From NCBI RefSeq assembly GCF_963853765.1, contig NC_088854.1, positions 45,632,001 through 45,696,000 of the forward strand: 64,000 nucleotides of DNA, in the 5' to 3' direction. Position numbers and translations under genes: made by a program. Positions within the stretch are counted from its first letter, which is position 1. Every line of letters begins with the position of its first letter. Under the pieces are notes generated by a model that was not told the origin of the DNA, ran no database searches, and saw only the letters and a program-made list of their open reading frames with translations. Origin of the DNA: Magallana gigas. Lineage: Eukaryota. Below, in pieces: positions 1-12,645 of this stretch.

Positions 1-188
1 GACACTTGCCTAGAGGTTCTGTAGTGAAAATGACTAGGATAGTTCCTATTAAAGGGTTTTGGTTAAGGTAATGATGAAATCTTATATAATTAAATTGTCC
101 CCTCCCCTCCTAAAAAAAATGACCCAACAGTAAGAGAACAAAATTTCCACAATATGTATACATATACATCTTTTTTCACACGTGATTT

Positions 189-3100
189 AGCCAAATTTGA
201 TATTTTGCATTTTTTAAAAACTTTTCTTTCACATAATTAGCACCAAAATCTACATCAGAAAAAGTGGAAATCAAGAAAAATATGGACATGAACAAAACAT
301 CTGAGTCTTATCAACTTGGACACACAAACAGAAGAGGAAAGAATGTATTAAAAACAAATACTACATTATAATATGAACAGATAATTCACTATTTTCTGAA
401 AATCTTCATGGTAAAATTTTCATTTGACAATCTTTAAAAATGAACATAATTATTTATTACAAACAAATGATGTACTTATTAAAATCAAATACAATTGGGT
501 TTTGAATATTTTTTAATTCAATTCTTATCTTTGAAGAAGCTGCCAACCAAAACGAAATTGACTTAACAATGTATGCGTTGCTACGTTAAAAAAGTAATGG
601 TAACAATTATTTTTGATTACAATGTTTAAGCGAAGGGAGAATTAAAATTATTTAAATCTTATTGTAAATAAGTTAAACGTTTTGTCACGATACCCAAAGA
701 AGCATCCGCCATTTATCAGACAATACCACATATCTCTTCTATTTGTATATTTAATGGGAAAAGGTCCAACGAGCATTTTCATTTGTGTTACTTGGTACGA
801 TACTTTCAAGAGGACAAAGAATAATAAGGTAAACGCAAACAACTGACTGAATTAAATTAGAACTCATTAGCCAAAACACGGTGCCAACTTTTTACAAGTA
901 TAACTTTATTTCAAAAGAATTCTTCTAACTTAAAAGATAATACTGCAAAAGTAGCGAGATAAGCAAATGTTATTCTACAGTGGCCCAGATAAAGCTTAAA
1001 TGGGTGCTAAAATAAGGATGTCTCTCGATACTATTTTGGTTTTATTTGAAAAGTTGCTGTAAAAGCAAGCAAATAAAAGTAAAATTAAGGATGATTTTTT
1101 TAAGTTTATGATAAAAAAAAAGTTTTGCTGTAAACATAAACATTGTATAATTTTCATTTCTTGAAATTTGCAATGTTACTGAACCTTGAAAATAAATACA
1201 CATTGTGTCTGTGTTATTTTTTAAAAGCTACATATAGGTCTATTTGTTTCAATACAGCCACATTTAGGTGTCACTGTTTAAATACATGCGCGCCTACAAA
1301 CAATATTTTACCTAGCATATTTACTCAAAGGACATTAATTCATTGTATATTAATGAATTCATACTGTATATACTGTTTTCTTAGTAAGAACTCAATAAGC
1401 TTTCGTGATGTGTTCGTGATCATTTAAATGACGAATAGAAGAATTTATCTATAAAGAATGTAGATGGTCATGGTCATTTTTAGGCTTAGTTAAGTTAAAA
1501 AGATGAAGAGCTTTTTAGAAAAATATAGGGAAAAATTCAAATTTTAAAGTTAACATATAGATTTTCCAACTACAAAAGACTTTATGGATAGAGATACATG
1601 TACAATGGTTCCTTATTGAAAAGTTTAACGAAGATCTAATGGTTAATTTGTTAACAACCCAGTCTCTCGAACAAAGATATGACATATTGAAACGATTACT
1701 TTTTCTATTGCAGGTACCAAATGTCTTGAATGTGGACAATGGCGGACAACTAAAAACGAGGCGATTCATAAAATGCATATTCTTTTGACTAACAGTACCA
1801 AAAGAATAAGAAATCTAATAAAAAAAAATGTGAACCATATCGTTTAAAACCCTGATGACTTAGTACAAAGTTCAGAATTATTTATGAACACAAAATCTAA
1901 TCAGAATGTATTTAACTTTTCTTTCAGAACATATCTCCATTTTGTGGAATAAATAAGATTTTCACCTCTCAATATTGTGTTTTTAAAAATGAAACATCAG
2001 TGTAATTGTTGAACAAAGATTGCTTTTCAATTATGAATCAGACTTAAATAAATTGCACTCTCACTTTATTCCTAACTATGCCATTGGCACTCAGTACTTG
2101 TACATATTTGACTGCACAGAGTGAATGTTTTCGTTGTAAAAAAGGATAATATATTGTAACACTTTACAAAGATTACTATCACATGTATAATAACTCAGAT
2201 AAAAACAGTTTGCAATGGAATGCAATCATAATTATAAATATTTATTAAAACTCTGTTGATCAACATGAAAGGGAAGCAACTCCCCTTTATAATTGCAGTT
2301 GAAAATGCCCCAAAAGAGTTGTCACTCGTTTCATCGATAATGAGAATGAAGTACAAAGAAAAATATGCTAGATTCATAAGTCTCTTTACGGCAGGATACA
2401 TTTTCAATGTTCGTCTCCGAAATGAAACTTTATAAAACATGATTTACCTATAAAATGTTTAAATTTCGAAACAGATGCATGGTAATATTCTCCAATAACA
2501 TGTGGAAAAAATCATCTGAAACAATTCAGAAAAAAACCAACCTCAGACATGCTTTTAGTTACTGCTTTAGCGTCTTGAAAAATGTTCTGTGCATATATAG
2601 ACAGGAAACAAGGGTCACTTTTTTCAGTCTGCTTGTTGAACGCGAGCCAAGGAATAAAAAAAAAACACATGTAACATCTAAAACCAGTTTGCGTTTCTAT
2701 ATTAAGCGCCACCCAATTTTAAAAACCTAATTCATTCATAAAACAATAAATGTAGGTCTCTTGGCGTCAAGGAAATCAAGATGTGATGCCCCAAAAATAC
2801 ATGTGGATGTTTTCAAACAAGATTATACTTTTTTGTCCACATTAACTTTGAGAAAAAGCTTTGCAAATATTCTTTTCAATGTATTCCTATGTAAAATCTT
2901 AATCTACCATTATGGGCCCTACCTAAAGTCCTGGATAATAGTAAACATTCTTGAATCTAAAGGAACTAAGGATGCTTCAAAACAAGTTTTTGCTTATACC
3001 TTATTTTGGCTAAATTGAATTTGAGAGGATATTGTTAAAGATAGCTTTTCTGTATTTTCTATGTAAGAATATTTATTCCCATTGTTGCCCAACTTTTCCC

Positions 3101-4399
3101 ATAAGGATAAGAACAAACTTAAATTAATACTATGTTGAGATGCTTCTTTTCCAAGTTACATTTTGTCTGACTTAATGCCTATTGTATATCTTTAAAGATT
3201 TTCCTTAAGCATTCACCTGGTAAAAACTTGCATTTTTGCCAAATCTACCTCTTGGGAGTCAGTTTTGGAAAAGAGAAAAATTACAAGAAAACACTGTTAA
3301 ATGATTCATTCATTAAAGTTTTTAGTTTTAAAGATAATGAAGAATTCTTTCATATATTCCTTCGTAAATATTTTTTACCTTTACACTTTTAATGTAACAA
3401 GTAAATCGTATATTTTTGCCTCATTACCATGGCAAAACTTGATTCTTCACTACCGGTTAATGCGGTAACATCAAAACAAGTTTCAGTGTTTCTGGTTTAC
3501 TACAAAAAATTTAAGATTATGAATTGCCATGTACCACTTATTCAAATTGTGATCCCAATCAGTCATAAAGTTCAACATTTGAACAAACATAAATCTATCT
3601 ACCTGAGGATTCTCCAGACAAAGCTGCATCTTTTGTGGTCGAGTAGCTACATGTTGTTTTAGAAAAAAAAATCAGAAAATGCTTCTATCATATTTCAATA
3701 CAAAAATTTGATTCCTCATTGGAACGCTACTCTACCCCCAGGAGATCATTATCTAAATAGAACTGAAATGACATAACTTGATTCTGCTGATGTTAGAAAA
3801 TTTATCCCTTCCTTATGATGTCTCTTTACAAGATTCAACTTCTGGGACCAAATAGCTTTTGTTCGAAAGATTTAAAAAAAAGGTGTATCATCACTTCCTT
3901 AGAATGCTTCTACACAAGATAATCTGAATTATACTGTGAACTTCTCTGATTACCTTTTGTCAAACGGCCATCATCTGTCTATATCTTTCTATATTGTCTG
4001 TCTATATTGGCTGGTTGTTTGGATGATGTTTGTCTGTCTGTTGAATTTTTACGTGGGATTAAATAGCAAAAATGCTGAAAATCCTCTAAAACTTCAGTAA
4101 GATCAAACTTGTGTGGATGCATCCAAAGGTAGTGTAGATATAGGTTCAAATTCAAAAAAGGGGATGGTTGGATTTTTACATAAAAAATGAATTGGGAATC
4201 ATCTTTCAAAATCTTTTCACTAAAACTGAAACAACCAAAGGAACTTGACAGTTTTGTATTCGATAGCATTAGTCAGATACGATCAGTTTTTCGTATACCT
4301 TTTGATGGCACAGATGTTAGTGCGAGGAGGTCATTGATGTTTGGGAGCAGGAGTGCCCGGCTCGCAGCGGTGATAAGCGCGAGTGTATTGTCCACTGAA
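189..4399. repeat. Segmental repeat, copy A (paralog of 16229-19810)
   Basis: Colinear match read by eye, e.g. ATAATTAGCACCAAAATCTACATCAGAAAA near 230 and near 16270, through to TTGTCCACTG at about 4399 and 19810. Roughly 90% identity by eye, with indels. Confidence 0.92.
2455..3018 (+). pseudogene. Relic reading frame of unknown protein (188 codons, one internal stop)
   Basis: ORFs 2455-2730 and 2761-3018 share one frame separated by a single TAA. A diverged homolog near 15715-15810 keeps FLCK....YYGP...SW with synonymous third-position changes. Confidence 0.4.
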
Positions 4400-4688
4400 C
4401 TATATTATAAATCACCGGTATATTTCTCTCTAAAAGAAGGTATTGGAACTAATCTCTCCTCCAAGCCAGTAAGAAAAAAAGCGACAAATATTACATGAAA
4501 TTTTATAAAATATCTATTTTTATACACGTTTGCAAAGTAAATACATGTATGTTCATAAAACTGTACCAATGTATCGTCGGGAAAATTCTGTTAAATTATA
4601 TATACATTGTATATTTTTAACATTAAATGTGTCCATCAGAAATCAAACAATGATAACGACGAAGTTCTACGTCAGGGATCCGCTACGT
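2967..4688. repeat. 1.72-kb direct duplication, left copy (matches 7378-9101)
   Basis: Near-identical sequence at offset +4411/+4413 with only about a dozen differences. The ORF track repeats the same ORFs (3429/7840, 3979/8392, 4187/8600). Confidence 0.97.
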
Positions 4689-4690
4689 CA

Positions 4691-5461
4691 CACTACTGGC
4701 TCTAAAAACCCCTGTCCGTATGAAAATCCCCTGTCTTCCCCTGTCACCCCCTGTGTTTTCACTGTCATCCCCTGCACATCCCCTGTGTGCCACTGTACAG
4801 AGCCCCTGTATACCCTGTCATCCCCTGTGCGCCCCTGTACATATCCCCCTGTGTGCCACTGTAAGCCCCTGTCACCCACTGTACGCCCCTGTCATCCCCT
4901 GTAAGCCACTGTATGCCCCTGTGCATGCCCCTAACATCCCCTGTACGGCTTTTGAGTGGGGTTTTTTTTCAATATCATTTTCGTAATGCAACTATTGAAA
5001 TCACATGTGTTCTATTTTGAGCTATAAGTCAATATTTGCACTCAACAGCGCCGAAGCACAAGACACACTGTTATCTTAATTTTAGAAATCACATGTTTTA
5101 GTTGATAATTTATTGATACTTTATTAATTTCCCGTGAATAGCAAAATAAAGCTTCAATAGCTTATATAAGTTTGTCTCAGAAATATTTTAGTATGTTTGT
5201 TCAATACGTTTCTGACCGGCTTATTGGACTCTTGAATTGAATTTAAACTGATGTTTTAATCTCATAATCAATTTCATTTATTTCCAAAATCTAATTGTTA
5301 TATCTCTTTTTACTGCAAAGTGGAAGATATCAAAGATAATTTAATTAATTGCCAGTGAACAGAAATCTGCCGTAAAGGTCAGAAAATGTAAATGTGTTTT
5401 CTATACATGTAGGAGGTTTTATAGATATTGAGATATTTAAAAAAAAAAAACCTGATTAGTC

Positions 5462-5524
<63 letters not shown>

Positions 5525-7377
5525 CATTGACTTTGAATTAAATTTATTAATTATATAGTTTACCCGGGAATTAATTTCCTAATAAGTAAACATGCAATCC
5601 TAATAGTTATTACCTATTCTTTATCATTCCGCTGCCCTGGTCAGAACATACACAACATAAATGTAAATGTAGAACTAGTGTTTGCTATACATGTAGCCTA
5701 TGGAGTTTATACAGAGAGAGAGAGAGAGAGAGAGAGATTGCACTGATTTTTAATTAAATGTTACTAATAGTTTAACCGGGAATTAATTTCTTAATAAGGA
5801 AACATGCAATCCTTATTAACTTTCATAACCAATTTTCTATAATTATTTAGATTAACTTAGAGCTGTCAAAGTGATGTTTAATTCATCAATGTTTTATGCT
5901 ACTCAAGATCAATTGATCAAAAACTTGAAGACACATGATTAACAACTAGCTGATTGAAGCTACAGATTTCAAAGGAGATGATGTTGACATTATTTCACTC
6001 GGTCAGTGATTATATAATAGCTACTGTACACAGCCCTTCTTGACAATTTGCAGTTCACGGTAGCGAGATAGGGAAAAAGAGATGATAGACACAGGTGTAC
6101 ACGTATATATACACACCCTTCCTCAGATCTGAATGGTCGGTCAGTGATTATATAATAGCTATTTACTGTATACAGCCCTTCTTAACAATTTGCAGTGCAC
6201 GGTAGCGAGACTGGGAACAATGAGGTGACAGACACATGTCCTCGATCAGGTCTGGATGCTCGGTAATGCTACACAATATTGCAATATGTTGTTTAACACC
6301 CCTTATGACCTTTTCCCCAGTCTGTCAAGTAAAGAAACACGCAATTGAAAATTTCAATTTTTCAGTTCTGAGAATTTTAAACATGAAAAAATTGAAGAGC
6401 TTAAAATTCATAACATTATTTGGCACAGTGATATGAATTAAAACTGTATATTGCTCTTTTATATTTTTCATTTTTCAAATAAAATCAAATTTAAATAAAT
6501 GTCTGATATTGTTCTGATCCGAAATCCGGACCATTGTTTAATATAATGCATGTGTGTATAATTAAATGGTACCCCGTTACCGGCATTTGCATACATTCAT
6601 GCATGCATGATTTATAAAAAACAATACTGACAGCAATTATCAGCGATTTACATGAACTTCATAAAGGCTGTTTAATTCTATGCATCATTACACTGGTCAA
6701 AACAGTCAAAATATAGGTGATCATGTCATCATTTCGATCGGTGTGTGGTTATCTGCACGTACTGATGTTGTGTTATTATGCGCTTTATCTCAGTCAGGTT
6801 ACATGGCACAGAACATTGCAGATTTCACGCACTCCTCCACTTATTTTTCTTTCTTTTTTTCTTTCTGTTTTATTTTTACAAATTACAGAACATGGTCATT
6901 TGTTTAAATGCATGTAATAAAATAAGCGATTTATCGGTATACAAGTATATCTTGATTTGTGTCAATGTTAAGTCAAAATTATTCACGCTTGTAATAATAT
7001 TGCCCTTTATGAAATGCAAAGAAAAACAAGCATCGTCTAAAACTTGAATGCTATATATAATTTTTTTAAAAATCCGAATTAATTAAAAACTTTTTTTTTT
7101 ACTTAGCGAGCAGTTAAAGTCCGTACAGGGGATGTCAGGGGCATGCACAGGGGCAGACAGTGGCTTACAGGGGATGACAGGGGCGTACAGTGGGTGACAG
7201 GGGCTTACAGTGGCACACAGGGGTTGTGTACAGGGGCGCACAGGGGATGACAGGGTATACAGGGGCTCTGTACAGTGGCACACAGGGGATGTACAGGGGA
7301 TGACAGTGAAAACACAGGGGGTGACAGGGGAAGACAGGGGATTTTCATACGGACAGGGGTTTTTAGAGCCAGTAGTG
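4691..7377. mobile_element. Non-autonomous DNA transposon with about 258-bp TIRs and CACTAC...GTAGTG termini (CACTA/EnSpm-like, foldback-type)
   Basis: 4691-4948 is the reverse complement of 7121-7377. The TIRs begin CACTACTGGCTCTAAAAACCCCTGT and are built from CCCCTGT repeats. No transposase ORF inside. The interior has (GA)n tracts and internal tandem duplications (about 5460-5620/5710-5815; about 6000-6110/6138-6250). Confidence 0.85.
5462..5522. repeat. (GA)n microsatellite inside the TIR element (second tract about 5714-5737)
   Basis: Direct reading. Confidence 0.97.
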
Positions 7378-9101
7378 TAAGGGTGCTTCAAAACATGTTT
7401 TTGCTTATACCTTATTTTGGCTAAATTGAATTTGAGAGGATATTGTTAAAGATAGCTTTTCTGTATTTTCTATGTAAGAATATTTATTCCCATTGTTGCC
7501 CAACTTTTCCCATAAGGATAAGAACAAACTTAAATTAATACTATGTTGAGATGCTTCTTTTCCAAGTTACATTTTGTCTGACTTAATGCCTATTTTATAT
7601 CTTTAAAGATTTTCCTTAAGCATTCACCTGGTAAAAACTTGCATTTTTGCCAAATCTACCTCTTGGGAGTCAGTTTTGGAAAAGAGAAAAATTATAAGAA
7701 AACACTGTTAAATGATTCATTCATTAAAGTTTTTAGTTTTAAAGATAATGAAGAATTCTTTCATATATTCCTTCGTAAATATTTTTTACCTTTACACTTT
7801 TAATGTAACAAGTAAATCGTATATTTTTGCCTCATTACCATGGCAAAACTTGATTCTTCACTACCTGTTAATGCGGTAACATCAAAACAAGTTTCAGTTT
7901 TTCTGGTTTACTACAAAAAATTTAAGATTATGAATTGCCATGTACCACTTATTCAAATTGTGATCCCAATCAGTCATAAAGTTCAACATTTGAACAAACA
8001 TAAATCTATCTACCTGAGGATTCTCCAGACAAAGCTGCATCTTTTGTGGTCGAGTAGCTACATGTTGTTTTAGAAAAAAAAATCAGAAAATGCTTCTATT
8101 ATATTTCAATACAAAAATTTGATTCCTCTTTGGAACGCTACTCTACCCCCAGGAGATCATTATCTAAATAGAACTGAAATGACATTACTTGATTCTGCTG
8201 ATGTTAGAAAATTTATCCCTTCCATATGATGTCTCTTTACAAGATTCAACTTCTGGGACCAAATAGCTTTTGTTCGAAAGATTTAAAAAAAAAAGGTGAA
8301 TCATCACTTCCTTAGAATGCTTCCACACAAGATAATCTGAATTATACTGTGAACTTCTCTGATTACCTTTTGTCAAACGGCCATCATCTGTCTATATCTT
8401 TCTATATTGTCTGTCTATATTGGCTGGTTGTTTGGATGATGTTTGTCTGTCTGTTGAATTTTTACGTGGGATTAAATAGCAAAAATGCTGAAAATCCTCT
8501 AAAACTTCAGTAAGATCAAACTTGTGTGGATGCATCCAAAGGTAGTGTAGATATAGGTTCAAATTCAAAAAAGGGGATGGTTGGATTTTTACATAAAAAA
8601 TGAATTGGGAATCATCTTTCAAAATCTTTTCACTAAAACTGAAACAACCAAAGGAACTTGACAGTTTTGTATTCGATAGCATTAGTCAGATACGATCAGT
8701 TTTTCGTATACCTTTTGATGGCACAGATGTTAGTGCGAGGAGGTCATTGATGTTTGGGAGCAGGAGTGCCCGGCTCGCAGCGGTGATAAGCGCGAGTGTA
8801 TTGTCCACTGAACTATATTATAAATCACCGGTATATTTCTCTCTAAAAGAAGGTATTGGAACTAATCTCTCCTCCAAGCCAGTAAGAAAAAAAGCGACAA
8901 ATATTACATGAAATTTTATAAAATATCTATTTTTATACACGTTTGCAAAGTAAATACATGTATGTTCATAAAACTGTACCAATGTATCGTCGGGAAAATT
9001 CTGTTAAATTATATATACATTGTATATTTTTAACATTAAATGTGTCCATCAGAAATCAAACAATGATAACGACGAAGTTCTACGTCAGGGATCCGCTACG
9101 T
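7378..9101. repeat. 1.72-kb direct duplication, right copy (matches 2967-4688)
   Basis: Starts at the first base after the right TIR (TAAGG[G/A]TGCTTCAAAAC) and ends at GGGATCCGCTACGT, like the left copy. Confidence 0.97.
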
Positions 9102-10534
9102 GATCAGTAATACATGTATATCTTAAATGCATATTTTTTAAAGTGAAAAATCAGATTTCATATATAAACTTAATTTTGTTTTATATTTACGCAAACCGCT
9201 TTTGAGAATTTGTTTGTCAAAACATTTCATTTTTATTTCATTTCTTTAATTACTTCGACTCTAATTAAAAACTTTAAAAACTGTATTGTACATATATTAC
9301 GACTAAGACGTGGACAATCATTTACAAATATAAATTTGGTACTCTTAAATCTGTAATATAAGACTGTCGAAGCGCCTTAATGTTTAGAATAGTATCATTT
9401 CTGCCTATTCATATTGAAGGGCGCTGTTCAAGCAAATAAACAAAGTACTTACAAGACTACTAACACTAGTGTACTACCAGTTGAAATATCTGCAAGGTTT
9501 AAGGAACAACACCATGATATAGACAGAAAAACCATATTATGTGCTTTTTTTAAACACGCACATAATTGGAAAAACGCAATTGGTTTTCAAAAACTAACAT
9601 TGAACACATTACATAAGACCCCTGTCATAGTCTTTATATCAAACTGTTTGTGATGCAGATCTATTTACTGACATTATCTTTTTTGTGTTGGTATCACTCA
9701 ACCAATTATGAACATGCTATTTTTATATTAACATCAACGATGTAAAAAAAATAATAACCTGTGATTCGAAATACGTTGAACGATTCGAAATATGACTAGT
9801 TTCTTCAATAATCAATGTTATTAAAGGAAATATAAAAAAAAACATGCCGACTGTGGTATTTTATCACGACCTTTTCAATGTCTATATTTGCCTCAAGTTG
9901 AGCAACATGTTGTACATGTACTTCGAAACACAGTGTTTACATAAGACATAACGTATAAATATTTTATAATCTTAAACATGTACGAACGGTTCTTTTAATG
10001 ATGTCAGGTAAATTTGCAAAATCTTGAAAAATTCTTCTGTTGCTGTCTTTTATTGCTTGAAAAAGATACTGAAAGTTAAAAAAATCAGAAACTATAATTT
10101 TTTATAGAAATGTGGGTACGTATGTGTGAGTGAAAGTGTAAAACATTTCCTTCAAGGTTTATTATGAAGAATAATCACAACAATTTTTCATAAATGGGTA
10201 TATGTTATAATGTTAATCATCAAGTGTTATTTCCCCCCATCAAAATGCTATTTAACTCAACAAAATAAGTCCTGGTTTTAACATGCAACGATCGATAAAG
10301 TATTGAATGAGTATTGAATTTTATTTTGCGTCACACAGTTTAACTGGTACAGTCAATGGTTGACGACAGGATCTGTTTAGACACATTCACAAATAGTTCA
10401 GGTCTGATGAAAACGTTTGGATTTATCTTTACAATTTCAGAAAATTAAGGAAATATATATGAAATTGTGAACTTGAAACAAAAGAGACCACATAGTCTGT
10501 GTCATCTGTTTCATATTTGGATATTTTACTGGAG

Positions 10535-11105
10535 AATGAATATTGATAGTAATTTAACTACAAAACTTTATGATTAAAGCGATAGCTTCAATTTTTCCAT
10601 AGTCAACTTTCCTTCCTTTGTAGCAATATACCTTCATCGCCTGCATATGGTGTTTTTGTCTCTCAATTGATTCGAAACACAAGGGCATGCTCTTTGTATG
10701 AACAGTTTGTAAGGCAGAGAAAGCTACTGAAAAACAAGTTGATAAAACAGGACTATCAACAGTCTCGTTTAAAGTGTTCTTTCCATAAGTTCTATGGTCG
10801 ATACAACAACCTAGTCAGCAAATGCAATCTTCCACTGGGTCGCATGCTGACTGGCGTTTTTCATACTAATTGTTAGACCATAATTAATTACCTAATTGTC
10901 TACAGACTTTTCCTTTTCTTTTGGTTTTTCCCCCAATTACGACAACGAGCACACGGCTGGTGTGACCAGTCAGCAGAGGGTACTCACTCCTCCTAGCTAG
11001 GCACCTGATCCTACCTCTACCTATTTGGAGGTCCGTGTTGCTCTGCTTTGAATTTGTATTTCGTTTTATTGATTTTTGAGATGGTTCACGGTTTGTTATT
11101 GTCAT
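10535..11105 (+). mobile_element. 3' fragment of a Penelope-like retroelement (RT C-terminal region plus 3' UTR), degenerate
   Basis: Translation with a stop and a frameshift: TTKLYD*SDSFNFSIVNFP/FLCSNIPSSPAYGVFVSQLIRNTRACSLYEQF...KFYGRY. This is the KLYDKRDDFNF.IVNFPFL.SNIP..PAYGV.SQLIR motif of invertebrate Penelope-like RTs, followed by a GC-richer 3' segment (GGTGTGACC...CTCCTCCTAG...GCACCTGATCC). Confidence 0.72.
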
Positions 11106-11999
11106 TTTTTTTCATACTCCCTTATATTGTAAGAGGAACTGTATCACAACTACATAAGTAGTTTAAGTAAGTAGTTTATTAACTTGACAAAACTTTTTCT
11201 ATAAATGATATATATTTGGTCTTCATAAGAAGACTTTTTTCAGGATTCTTCAAAAGTATGCCCCTTTCTTTAACTTAGAATTCATGATCATGCTGTAGTA
11301 CAGATTGAATCTGCAAATAAAAATCAATATGCTTCGATACATTCGATGGTGCTGCTCTTATTACACCATCTCATTCATCCTTACTAAACAGACAATATTC
11401 CAGGGTGTTTTCAGCAGAAAGCTTATTGCCAATAACACAAAAATTTGGCATCATTTTACATCAATAATTGATGTTCACAGAAATATTAGATGAGCAGCAG
11501 GACAGTCTTCAGAGATACAAATAACACAATCATGCAATTGATGAATGTTTATTTTATGTGTGTAATTGTCAAATTCACACCAGTACAATATTCTTAAATA
11601 GAAGTATAAACATGAACAAAAATTATAAACCAACTATAGATCTTTGAAGCTAAAAAGCAGGTTAATTTTTTTTTCAAATGCTACATCATTACATATTTGT
11701 TTCTGTTTAATTTTGCATCTAATCTGTGTTGTTGTTATAGCGATTTGATGTTTTCAATTCCAGCGGGTAATTTATTGGGGTTTTTTATCACAGAACTGGA
11801 TGGTCATGTTCCAAGGATGGAAAACATTAGATGTACCACGGCACTGAAATGGTACCCAAAAAGGTGAGGCTCAGTAAAGGCAAAATCCAGAGAGAAAGAT
11901 AGAGAGTGGCAGGGGAAAGAGGTGTATTATTGTCTAATGCACTAGTTGATAGGTTATGTTAAAGCGATCGGCAAGACATGACATCTATGATCTATTGAT

Positions 12000-12497
12000 T
12001 GTTTACTAGTCTTGAAGTAAATGAAGTTCCTGTTCTTCAATGACTACTGAACATAAATTCGATTCTAAAAAGGTGAACTTAAGTTTTGTCTTAAGATTAC
12101 GAGATGTTTTTTGACACACGGGTAGCACTCTGGAACTTAAATCCATATATAACATCCGGTCATCGTTTTAAAAAAAAATACTTAAAAACTGGTAATAACA
12201 ATGCCTCTCCATTCTCTACCAAGTAGCGAAGAAGTCTTTTCTCCAAATCTTGTTTACTAGTCTTGAAGTATATGAAGTTCCTGTACTTCAATGACTACTG
12301 AACACAAATTCGATGCTAAAAAGGTGAACTTAAGTTTGATCTAAAGATTATCGAGTTGTTTCTTGACACACGGGTAGCCCTCTGGAACTTAAATCAATAT
12401 ATAACATCCGATCATCGGTTTCCAAAAAATACTGAACAACTGGTAATAACAATGCCTCTCTATTCTCTACCAAAGTAGCGAAGAAGTATTTCCTCCA
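12000..12497. repeat. Tandem repeat, about 251-bp unit, two copies running into an assembly gap
   Basis: TGTTTACTAGTCTTGAAGTA at 12000 and 12251. The second copy is cut by the N run. Confidence 0.93.
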
Positions 12498-12645
12498 NNN
12501 NNNNNNNNNNNNNNNNNNNNNNNNNNNNNNNNNNNNNNNNNNNNNNNNNNNNNNNNNNNNNNNNNNNNNNNNNNNNNNNNNNNNNNNNNNNNNNNNNNNN
12601 NNNNNNNNNNNNNNNNNNNNNNNNNNNNNNNNNNNNNNNNNNNNN
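12498..12645. other. Assembly gap (N run)
   Basis: About 148 N bases. Confidence 0.98.

Noticed and set aside
1852-1890. CTGATGA hammerhead or C-box-like motifs (also near 10404 and 17925)
   Set aside because: No stem II followed by GAAA, and no D-box with terminal stem.
2195-2440. Minus ORF with FILIIDETSD resembling a hAT catalytic or Walker B motif
   Set aside because: Only a 7-residue resemblance. No other hAT or ATPase motifs nearby, and the opposite-strand frame is about as open.
4530-4986. Pro/Cys-rich ORFs (4530, 4688, 4720; also 7083-7391)
   Set aside because: They are translations of the CCCCTGT TIR minisatellite, which lacks stop codons.
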